The notes under the pieces are model-generated. The model had not been told where the DNA came from. It worked only from the letters and a program-made list of their open reading frames with translations, and did not search any database. Shown in pieces: positions 15,849 through 23,416 of a stretch of 24,000 bases of DNA (position 1 is its first letter; each line of letters starts with the position of its first letter). Position numbers and translations under genes: made by a program. The DNA is from Bacillales bacterium UBA3375 (GTDB taxonomy: Bacteria > Bacillota_I > Bacilli_A > UBA3375). The stretch lies in contig DEQD01000035.1 of the NCBI GenBank assembly GCA_002359095.1, forward strand, positions 17,440-41,439, in the 5' to 3' direction.

Positions 15849-17141
15849 ATGTTAAAAGAAATTGATGTAGAAGTTTATAATAGTTTTCTAAAACAGCTAA
15901 ATCAGCTGAATTTTTTGGGTAGTATAGAGTATTTAGAAGCTAGAAAGAAAATGGGATGGAATGGTAAAATTCTTGGTTGCTATGATGAAGATGATAATTT
16001 AATAGCAACATGTCTCCTACATTTTAAAAAGTTACCTAAAATTAACTATTATTTATATTATATTCCTCGTGGAATGATAATAGATTATAATAATGAAAAT
16101 CATTTAGCTCTATTTACTAAAGATATTAAAAAATATGTAAAAGAACATAATGGATATAGTTTACGTATTGATCCGGAATTACCTGAAGAGATTAATGGGA
16201 GTATTAATCCAATCGTTAATACATTTAAAAAGTTAGGTTATAAACACTTAGGTTTTGTTAATAACTTTGAAGGAACACAACCACGTTGTACAATAATTAA
16301 TCATTTTGATGATAAAAGTTATGAAGAAGTAAAGAAAGGTTATGAAAAACGTTGTATCAAACATATTGATAACGCGCTTCATAATGGAATAACAATTATT
16401 GAAGGTAATAAAGATGATTTAGATGAATTCATGGATATTATGAATGATACTGCAACTCGTGGTGGTTATATTACTAGAAGTAGAGAATACTTTGAAATAT
16501 TACTAGATAGTTTTAAAAAAACGATGAAGATGTATTTTGCTTATTTTGATCCTACTAAGATCAACTTAGAAGATTATCAAAATAAGCTAGCAGATATAAA
16601 AAAACAAATTAGTGATTTAGAAAATGAAAGTAAAGATGAAAATACATCGAAAAAAAGACAAAAGAAAATCAAATCAGAAATTACTACATTAAATCAAGCA
16701 TATGATAAAGTAGATAAAAATTATAAATTAGTTAAAGATATTATTAATAATTATCCGAATGGAATTAAATTATCAACAGCACTATATGTAGAAATGGATA
16801 ATAAAGCATGGTATTGGTTTGGAGGTAGTAGAACGATTTATCGTGAACTAAATCCAGTATATGCAATGTTTGATCAATATATCCAAGATATAATTGATAA
16901 AAACATTACTTATTTTGATTTTTTAGGAATTAGTGGTAATATACAAGATAGTAGTGATAAAAATTATGGGTTATATCAGTTTAAAAAATCTTTTGGCGGA
17001 GAAGTAACTAAGTTTGTTGGTGAATTTGATTTAGTTATTAATAAACCAATCTACATTGTTGCTAATAAATTACTTACATTGGCACAAAGTAGTAAAGAAA
17101 ATAAGGTATTAAAAAAATTATTACAAATAATTAATAAATAA
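15849..17141 (+). CDS. FemAB-family aminoacyl-tRNA-dependent peptidoglycan peptidyltransferase (FemX/MurM-like interpeptide bridge formation)
   Basis: 430 aa. Two GNAT-like halves separated by a Lys/Glu-rich coiled-coil arm (KLADIKKQISDLENESKDENTSKKRQKKIKSEITTLNQAYDKV). C-terminal YGLYQFKKSFGGE motif typical of the FemAB family. Confidence 0.85.
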   Translation: MLKEIDVEVYNSFLKQLNQLNFLGSIEYLEARKKMGWNGKILGCYDEDDNLIATCLLHFKKLPKINYYLYYIPRGMIIDYNNENHLALFTKDIKKYVKEHNGYSLRIDPELPEEINGSINPIVNTFKKLGYKHLGFVNNFEGTQPRCTIINHFDDKSYEEVKKGYEKRCIKHIDNALHNGITIIEGNKDDLDEFMDIMNDTATRGGYITRSREYFEILLDSFKKTMKMYFAYFDPTKINLEDYQNKLADIKKQISDLENESKDENTSKKRQKKIKSEITTLNQAYDKVDKNYKLVKDIINNYPNGIKLSTALYVEMDNKAWYWFGGSRTIYRELNPVYAMFDQYIQDIIDKNITYFDFLGISGNIQDSSDKNYGLYQFKKSFGGEVTKFVGEFDLVINKPIYIVANKLLTLAQSSKENKVLKKLLQIINK

Positions 17142-17148
17142 GTAATTT

Positions 17149-17157
17149 TGGTATAAT
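17149..17157 (+). promoter_or_regulatory. Extended -10 promoter (TGGTATAAT) upstream of efp
   Basis: TGnTATAAT element 22 nt upstream of the efp ATG, followed by the AGGAG SD at 17169-17173. Confidence 0.55.
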
Positions 17158-17178
17158 AAAATAAGCTTAGGAGATATT

Positions 17179-17742
17179 ATGATTACAGTAAATGATATTA
17201 AAAATGGATTAACAATTAAGTATAATAATACTTTATACATGGTATTAGAATTTCAACACGTAAAACCTGGTAAAGGTAGTGCATTTGTACGTACAAAAAT
17301 GCGTAATTTAGAAACAGGAGCTATCCAAGATATTACATTTAGTAATACTAGTGAAAAAATTGAAAAAGCTCACATTGATAAAAAAGAAATGCAATATTTA
17401 TACAATGAAGGTGAAACTTACTACTTCATGGATATGGAAACATATGATCAAATGGAGATTGATAAAAAAATTATTGAACACAGTTTAAAATTCTTAAAAG
17501 AAAATATGAATGTTACAGTAATTTTAAACGAAGGTCGTATTTTAGATGTAGTATTACCTGAAAAAATTGTATTAGAAGTAACTGAAGCAGAACCAGCTAT
17601 TAAAGGTGATACAAAAAGCGGTGGAGATAAATTAGCTAAAGTTGAAACTGGTTATGAGTTACGTGTACCATTATTTATTGAAGCAGGAGAACGTATTGTA
17701 ATTAATACTTCAACTGGTGAGTATGTAAGTCGTGAAAAATAA
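17179..17742 (+). CDS. efp: Elongation factor P
   Basis: NDIKNGLTI...VLEFQHVKPGKGSAFVRTKMRNLETG is the canonical EF-P N-terminus, including the modified-Lys loop KPGKG. 187 aa. Confidence 0.95.
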   Translation: MITVNDIKNGLTIKYNNTLYMVLEFQHVKPGKGSAFVRTKMRNLETGAIQDITFSNTSEKIEKAHIDKKEMQYLYNEGETYYFMDMETYDQMEIDKKIIEHSLKFLKENMNVTVILNEGRILDVVLPEKIVLEVTEAEPAIKGDTKSGGDKLAKVETGYELRVPLFIEAGERIVINTSTGEYVSREK

Positions 17743-17750
17743 GGAGCAAG

Positions 17751-18017
17751 ATGAATTTAATTGCTAGAAACCTAAATGGTCGTATTTATGTTAAAAACTT
17801 TGAAATAGAAAAAAATGTTTATTTATTTATCAAAGAATTTTATCCACATGTTAAATGTTATGCTATTGAGTATAAAGATAATGTATTAGATATTTATATT
17901 AAAGCAAGTGCTGTTAATAGTGATAAATATCTAGATAACTTCCAAAGAGAAATAGAAACTTACTTTAATGAAAAAGTAGGTATATATTTTAAAAACATTA
18001 ATATTAATATTAAATAA
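17751..18017 (+). CDS. Small hypothetical protein, possibly a reduced Asp23/Gls24 (YqhY-like) protein
   Basis: 88-aa ORF with an AAGGAG SD upstream. The alternating hydrophobic pattern V.CYAIEYKDNVLDIYIKA......YLDNFQREIETYFNEKVGIYFKNININI resembles the C-terminal half of Asp23-family proteins. An Asp23-family gene (yqhY) precedes nusB in Bacillus. Assignment is tentative. Confidence 0.35.
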   Translation: MNLIARNLNGRIYVKNFEIEKNVYLFIKEFYPHVKCYAIEYKDNVLDIYIKASAVNSDKYLDNFQREIETYFNEKVGIYFKNININIK

Positions 18018-18400
18018 TGAGTAATAAAGTACATGGGCGTACTAAAGCCCGTGAAGGTGCAATTAAATCTTTGTATCAAATGCGTTATTTAAATGATGTT
18101 GATAAATGTTTGACTAATGACAAACTAGCTAATAATTATGTTGAAGGTGTAATTAAGCATCAAGGTGAAATTGATGCTTTAATTACTCCTAATTTAAAAA
18201 AGGGATGGAGAATTGAGCAACTAAATCCGGTGGATTTATCAATTCTTCGTCTTGCTATTTATGAATTAAAATACGAAGATACACCACCAGCAGTTGTGGT
18301 TAATGAAGCTTTAGAATTAGCTAAAAAGTTTAGCTCAACTGAAGCTAAAAACTTTATTCATCATACACTTGATGTAGTTAGTAAGGAAATCAATGAATAA
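18017..18400 (+). CDS. nusB: Transcription antitermination factor NusB
   Basis: 127 aa. GRTKAREGAIKSLYQ N-terminus, LSILRLAIYEL and VVVNEALELAKKF motifs. TAATG junction with the upstream ORF. Confidence 0.9.
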   Translation: MSNKVHGRTKAREGAIKSLYQMRYLNDVDKCLTNDKLANNYVEGVIKHQGEIDALITPNLKKGWRIEQLNPVDLSILRLAIYELKYEDTPPAVVVNEALELAKKFSSTEAKNFIHHTLDVVSKEINE

Positions 18401-19664
18401 AACAGAGATTAATTTAACTCCATCAGCAATTAATAAATACATAAAAACACTACTTGAAAATAATGAATATCTCTCTTATATTAAAATAGAAGGAGAGATA
18501 TCTAATTTTAAAACAAGTAGTGGTAATTTTTATTTTTCTATCAAGGATGATGAAGGACAGGTAAGTTGTTCGATGTGGAAGAGTTTAGCTGATAAACTAG
18601 ACTTTGAACCTAAAGATGGGATGCAGGTAGTACTTAGAGCTAAAATATATCACAATATTAAAAGCGGATATTTTAGTTTTAATGTTCAAAGTATGAAAGA
18701 ATCCGGAGAAGGAAGTCTAAAACGTCAATTTGAAGCATTAAAACTAAAACTAGAAACAATGAGGTTGTTTGATGAAGAAAATAAACAACCGCTAAAAGAT
18801 TATTATCAAAAAATTGCTCTAGTTACAGCCCCAACATCAGCAGCTATAAAAGATATGCTTACGACAATAAAAAGAAGAAATCCGCTTGCTGATGTAGTTA
18901 TTGTTCCTTGTATTGTTCAAGGAGAACGAGCTAAAGCATCAATTGTAAACGCAATTAAACTTGTAAATGAACAAAATCTAGCTGATGTAATGATTGTTGG
19001 TCGTGGTGGTGGTAGCATTGAAGATCTGTGGGCATTTAATGAAGAAGAAGTAGCTATAGCTACTTATGAGAGTAAAATCCCGATAGTTAGTTGTGTTGGG
19101 CATGAAACTGATACAACAATTATTGATTATGTATCAGATAAAAGAGCACCAACTCCGACAGCCGCTGCTGAGTTTGTTACCCCAAATATCTTTGAATGGC
19201 AAGAAGATATCGATAACAATATTAAACGAATGGCTTATGATTTAAAACAAAAAATAGAATATAACAAACAATCATTACAACATCTATGTAGTAATCAATA
19301 CTTTCAATATCCATTTTTAAATCAAGCGTTTGAATTGGATTATCTGACTAATACTTTAAAAATGATTGGTAGAAATCAAGAAAATGTTATTAACCATAAC
19401 CAAGAAAAGTTAAAACAACTATCTATTAATTTATTAGAGAAAATAAATTACAAAATTAATAATGAAAAGAAAATTGTTAATAACATGCATGATAATTTAG
19501 ATAATCTAAATCCGCTATCAATTTTATCACGAGGATATAGTGTAACTAAATGTGGTGATAAAATTGTAAACTCAATTAAGCAAGTTAATGTTAATGATCA
19601 AATTAATATTGAATTAAAAGATGGGATAATTAATACGAAAGTAGTTGGTAAACATGAAAAATAA
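18393..19664 (+). CDS. xseA: Exodeoxyribonuclease VII large subunit
   Basis: N-terminal OB fold (IKIEGEISNFKTSSGNFYFSIKDDEGQVSCSMW), catalytic core (VGRGGGSIEDLWAFNEE, SCVGHETDTTIIDYVSDKRAPTPTAAAE), and a C-terminal coiled coil ending in PLSILSRGYS. Confidence 0.92.
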   Translation: MNKTEINLTPSAINKYIKTLLENNEYLSYIKIEGEISNFKTSSGNFYFSIKDDEGQVSCSMWKSLADKLDFEPKDGMQVVLRAKIYHNIKSGYFSFNVQSMKESGEGSLKRQFEALKLKLETMRLFDEENKQPLKDYYQKIALVTAPTSAAIKDMLTTIKRRNPLADVVIVPCIVQGERAKASIVNAIKLVNEQNLADVMIVGRGGGSIEDLWAFNEEEVAIATYESKIPIVSCVGHETDTTIIDYVSDKRAPTPTAAAEFVTPNIFEWQEDIDNNIKRMAYDLKQKIEYNKQSLQHLCSNQYFQYPFLNQAFELDYLTNTLKMIGRNQENVINHNQEKLKQLSINLLEKINYKINNEKKIVNNMHDNLDNLNPLSILSRGYSVTKCGDKIVNSIKQVNVNDQINIELKDGIINTKVVGKHEK

Positions 19665-20547
19665 ACAAAAGAATATTTTTATCGTTTTAACTTTATTAGT
19701 TTTAACAATAATAGGTGTTATTACAATAAATAAAGTTAAATTAAGTAGAGTAAGTGATTTTGAAGTAAACTCAGAAATCATTGAAGAAGTACTACCTCCA
19801 CCTAGTAGTTATCATAACCGATAGCATTTAGATATTAAAAAATATATTCAAACAAAAATGCGTGAGAATAATCTTAATCAAAATAACTTTAGATTTTTCT
19901 TTAAAAATGTTGAGACTAATGCTTATTATTACTATAATTGTGATGATATTTTTACAGCTGCATAACAATTAAAGTACCTGTTGCTATGTATTATTTAATA
20001 AGAGAAGGTAAAATTAATTTAGATACAACTATAGTAGCAACAAGTGAAGATTTTAAAGAAGGTGGAAATATTTATACAAAATACCAACTAGGAAGTAATG
20101 TGTCTATTGAAAACTACTTTATGAAGTTATTGTTAATAGTGATAATACAGCACTAAATATGCTTGCTAGAAATGTAGGATATACAAATCTTAAACAAGCA
20201 ATTAAGAAGTATTCTGATGTAGAACTACCAAGTAGTTTTGATTCTTAAAACGTTGTAAGTGTTAATTATTATCTTGATGTTCTTGATTATTTACTTACTC
20301 ATGAAAAAGATTATGAAACATTAATTACTCATATGAAACAAAGTAGTAATTATGAATATCTAAAATCTTATATTGATTATGATGTAGCACACAAGTATGG
20401 GTTATATGCTGGTAATGTCCATGATTATGGTATTGCTATGGGGATGATAAATATTTAATAGCAGCGTTTACTACTAATGTAAGTGATGCTCAAAATTTAA
20501 TAGCACAAATTAGAAAAGATGTAGTAGACATCGAAGAAGGAGAATAA
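19654..20547 (+). pseudogene. Decayed class A beta-lactamase-related serine hydrolase (PenP/COG2367-like) with N-terminal membrane anchor
   Basis: No ORF over 60 codons, yet conceptual translation across three frames gives MKNKQKNIFIVLTLLVLTIIGV... / ...DDIFTAA[x]TIKVPVAMYYLIREGK... / ...LLYEVIVNSDNTALNMLARNVGY...VELPSSFDS*NVVSV...VAHKYGLYAGNVHDYGIAMG / DDKYLIAAFTTNV.... This contains SxxK-, SDN- and KxG-like boxes in class A order. Lesions are TAG at 19822-19824, TAA at 20246-20248, and 1-nt deletions near 19963-19964, 20110-20113 and 20441-20443. Confidence 0.8.
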
Positions 20548-20771
20548 TGAATTTAACATATGAAGAAGCTTATAAAAAATTATCTATGATTGTTGATAAA
20601 TTACAACAAGATTCTACAAGTTTAGATGAATCAATTGAATTGTTTAAAGAAGGAGTAGAATTACAAAAACACTGTGCTAAGTTGTTAGAAGAAGCTGAAG
20701 AGAAAGTAGCACAAGTAATTAAAGAAGATGGAAGTATTGAGGAGTTTATCCATGAAAGAGATGAAAAATAA
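20547..20771 (+). CDS. xseB: Exodeoxyribonuclease VII small subunit
   Basis: 74-aa helical protein, LTYEEAYKKLSMIVDKLQQDSTSLDESIELFKEGVELQKHCAKLLEEAEEKV, with the typical XseB pattern. GGAG SD upstream. Confidence 0.9.
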   Translation: MNLTYEEAYKKLSMIVDKLQQDSTSLDESIELFKEGVELQKHCAKLLEEAEEKVAQVIKEDGSIEEFIHERDEK

Positions 20772-21786
20772 AACTAAAATAATTATAGGAACAATAATAA
20801 TTTTAATAGCAGGTTTTGTAAGTTATAAAGTGATTAATAATGCTATTCCAGGAGAAACAATATATATTAGTGTATCTCAAGGAGATAGTGTTAGTGAAGT
20901 AGCAGATCAGGTAGTAGCTAAAGGTGCTAAAGTAAGTTATGATCGATTATATAAAGAATTTATTAAACAAGAAGCTACTATTTATCCTAATGATTATGAA
21001 ATTAATACTAAGATGAGTGCAAAAGAAATAGTTAGTATTTTATCAAATCCTCAAAGTAATATTACAGGTGAGAATCTAGTTATTATTGAGGGAGATAATA
21101 TTGAAAATGTTGCAAACAATGTTGCTAGTAAAAGTAATAATCGATTTAGTAAAGAAGAAGTATTAGCATATTGGGATAATAAAGACACGTTAAATACTTT
21201 AATTGATAAATATTGGTTTTTAGATGAAACGTTATTGGATGAAAATATTATTCATCCATTAGAAGGATATTTTGCACCAGCTACATATACTCTAACACCT
21301 GATTATACAATTGAAGAATTAACTACTAAGTTTTTAGATGCAATGGAAACTAATTTAGAACCTTATAAAGAAGTTAGTAGTAGAAATGATTTAACAATTA
21401 ATCAAATGGTTACTTTAGCTAGTATTGTCGAACGTGAAACAATGACAAAAGAGGATAAGTATAAAGTGGCAGGAGTTTTTTATAATCGTTTAGAACAAGG
21501 AATGCCACTTCAGAGTGATATTACAGTTCTTTATGCTCTTGGAGAACACAAAGAAATAGTAACATATGAAGATTTAGAAGTAGATTCTTTATATAATACT
21601 TATAAATATACAGGTATACCAATAGCACCTGTTGCTATGGTTAGTAAAGATAGTTTAGAAGCAGTTGCTAATCCACAAGATAATGATTATCTATATTTCT
21701 TTGCAAAACAACATACAGGTGAAATTATTTATTCTAAAACTTTAGAAGAACATAAGAAAGTAAGTGAAGAAAATGCGTGGGAATAA
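20752..21786 (+). CDS. mltG: Endolytic peptidoglycan transglycosylase MltG (YceG-like)
   Basis: N-terminal TM, then YceG motifs LEGYFAPATY, ASIVERET, AGVFYNRL, PLQSDITVLYA, YNTYKYTGIPIAPV and DYLYFFA. I prefer the ATG at 20752 (GAGGAG SD at 20739-20744, 7-nt spacer) to the ORF-track start at 20728. Confidence 0.9.
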   Translation: MKEMKNKTKIIIGTIIILIAGFVSYKVINNAIPGETIYISVSQGDSVSEVADQVVAKGAKVSYDRLYKEFIKQEATIYPNDYEINTKMSAKEIVSILSNPQSNITGENLVIIEGDNIENVANNVASKSNNRFSKEEVLAYWDNKDTLNTLIDKYWFLDETLLDENIIHPLEGYFAPATYTLTPDYTIEELTTKFLDAMETNLEPYKEVSSRNDLTINQMVTLASIVERETMTKEDKYKVAGVFYNRLEQGMPLQSDITVLYALGEHKEIVTYEDLEVDSLYNTYKYTGIPIAPVAMVSKDSLEAVANPQDNDYLYFFAKQHTGEIIYSKTLEEHKKVSEENAWE

Positions 21787-22777
21787 AATATTAATTATCA
21801 ATGGACCAAATATTAATTGTCTTAAATTTAGAGAAGATATTTATCCTAATGAGTTTAGTTATGATGAATTTATTAACATATTAAAAAAAGAAGATAATGA
21901 TTTAGAATTTTATCAATCTAATCACGAAGGAGAGATAATTGATAAGATTCAAAGTCTAATTAATGATAATCGATACTGTGGGTTAATTATTAATCCTGGA
22001 GGATATACGCATTATTCTATTTCAATATTAGATGCATTATACCTAATTAATGATATCACTAAAGTTGAGGTTCACTTTAGTGATATTACAAAAAGAGAAG
22101 ATTATCGTAACTATAGCATCACTAAAGATGGAGTTGATAAAGTTTTTATGGGTGAAGGGATTAATTCATATATTAAAGCTATTAAATATATAGAAATCAA
22201 GGAGAAAATCATGAGTAGAGGTAAATTAATTGTAATTTCTGGACCTAGTGGAGTTGGTAAAGGTACTATTAGAGAAAATATGGAATTTAAAGATTATGTA
22301 TATAGTATTTCATCAACTACTAGAAATGCAAGACCAGGTGAAGAAAATGGTCGTGAATATTATTTTATTTCAAAGGATAAATTTGAAGAAAAAATCAAAA
22401 ATGATGAAATGTTAGAATATGCTGAGTTTGTGGGAAATTATTATGGTACTGATAAAAAAGTAGTAGAACAATTACTAGATGAAGGTAAAAACGTATTATT
22501 AGAAATTGAATGTAATGGAGCTATGCAGGTTATTAAAAAAATACCAGAAGCTATTTCTATTTTTATTCTACCTCCAAGTATTGAAGAATTAGAAAATAGA
22601 TTACGTACTCGTGGTACAGAAAAAGAAGATGTTATTAGCTTACGTATTAATAAAGCAAGTGAAGAAATTGGTTATAAAGATGAATATAAATATCAAGTAA
22701 TTAATGATGATGTTCTTCGTGCTAGTAAAGAAATAGATAATATATTATTTACTAATTGTGGAGGAGAACATGAGTAA
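21773..22777 (+). CDS. aroQ: Continuous ORF: type II 3-dehydroquinate dehydratase (AroQ) domain fused in frame to guanylate kinase (Gmk)
   Basis: The N-terminal ~145 aa carry ILIINGPNIN....RE..IYP, QSNHEGEIID, IINPGGYTHYS and VEVHFSDITKREDYRNYS, matching type II DHQase motifs. There is no stop codon before the in-frame Gmk part. I prefer the ATG at 21773 to the GTG at 21764. Confidence 0.8.
   Translation: MRGNKILIINGPNINCLKFREDIYPNEFSYDEFINILKKEDNDLEFYQSNHEGEIIDKIQSLINDNRYCGLIINPGGYTHYSISILDALYLINDITKVEVHFSDITKREDYRNYSITKDGVDKVFMGEGINSYIKAIKYIEIKEKIMSRGKLIVISGPSGVGKGTIRENMEFKDYVYSISSTTRNARPGEENGREYYFISKDKFEEKIKNDEMLEYAEFVGNYYGTDKKVVEQLLDEGKNVLLEIECNGAMQVIKKIPEAISIFILPPSIEELENRLRTRGTEKEDVISLRINKASEEIGYKDEYKYQVINDDVLRASKEIDNILFTNCGGEHE
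22211..22777 (+). CDS. gmk: Guanylate kinase (internal start within the aroQ-gmk ORF; may be translated independently)
   Basis: AAGGAG at 22199-22204 lies 6 nt upstream of the ATG at 22211. MSRGKLIVISGPSGVGKGT P-loop, SSTTRNARPGEENGREYYFIS, EYAEFVGNYYGT and RLRTRGTE motifs. 188 aa, a normal Gmk size. Confidence 0.88.
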   Translation: MSRGKLIVISGPSGVGKGTIRENMEFKDYVYSISSTTRNARPGEENGREYYFISKDKFEEKIKNDEMLEYAEFVGNYYGTDKKVVEQLLDEGKNVLLEIECNGAMQVIKKIPEAISIFILPPSIEELENRLRTRGTEKEDVISLRINKASEEIGYKDEYKYQVINDDVLRASKEIDNILFTNCGGEHE

Positions 22778-23387
22778 TTTAAAAAAATATTCTTTAATTG
22801 CAATATCAATAATTATGTTGATTCTTGATATTACAATTAATAAAGATATTAGCATATCCATGTTAACAATTTTAATATCTTTATCTTTAATTAAAAGAAA
22901 TATTGTTTTATATGTAGCGTTATTATTTGTATTCTTACAAATTAGTGATCAAATATTAACGAGAAATATGAGTATATTATCAGTTTTAAATGGATTAATA
23001 TTTTGTTATTTGATTTATATTAATTGGTCTAATATGGAAGGAAAAACATTTAATCGTTGGCGTGATACCAATATTAAATCAATGATTATTTTATCTGCTA
23101 TATTACAATGTATTATGTTAATTCCAACTATATTAATTACTAATATTGATTGGTTAAATATACTTGCTTTTGCATTAACTTGGATGAGTTCGATGGCTTT
23201 ATTTATTGGTTTTTTCTTCTTTTGTATTAGAAGTACTAAAACTTTTAATTGGTATTTGATTGCTGGAGGATTAATGATAATAGAAGTTATCTTTAACTTT
23301 CTTATCTTTAACTCGATTAATATATCAAGTCTAATAATGGCTTTATTATTTATTTTATTTAATGCAGTTATTGTGATAAAAAAATAA
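22770..23387 (+). CDS. Hypothetical polytopic membrane protein (about 6-7 TM), no recognised family
   Basis: GGAGGAG SD directly upstream of the ATG at 22770 (the ORF track starts at GTG 22758). Highly hydrophobic Ile/Leu/Phe-rich sequence with several Trp at predicted helix ends. No catalytic motif recognised. Confidence 0.55.
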   Translation: MSNLKKYSLIAISIIMLILDITINKDISISMLTILISLSLIKRNIVLYVALLFVFLQISDQILTRNMSILSVLNGLIFCYLIYINWSNMEGKTFNRWRDTNIKSMIILSAILQCIMLIPTILITNIDWLNILAFALTWMSSMALFIGFFFFCIRSTKTFNWYLIAGGLMIIEVIFNFLIFNSINISSLIMALLFILFNAVIVIKK

Positions 23388-23416
23388 GCGACTAATTATA
23401 GTCACTTATTTTTTAC
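23386..23416. terminator. Convergent, probably bidirectional, terminator between the membrane-protein gene and plsY
   Basis: Stem AAGCGACTA (23386-23394) / TAGTCACTT (23399-23407), 8 of 9 bp paired with a 4-nt loop. Flanked by an A-run upstream and ATTTTTT downstream. It overlaps both stop codons. Confidence 0.6.
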
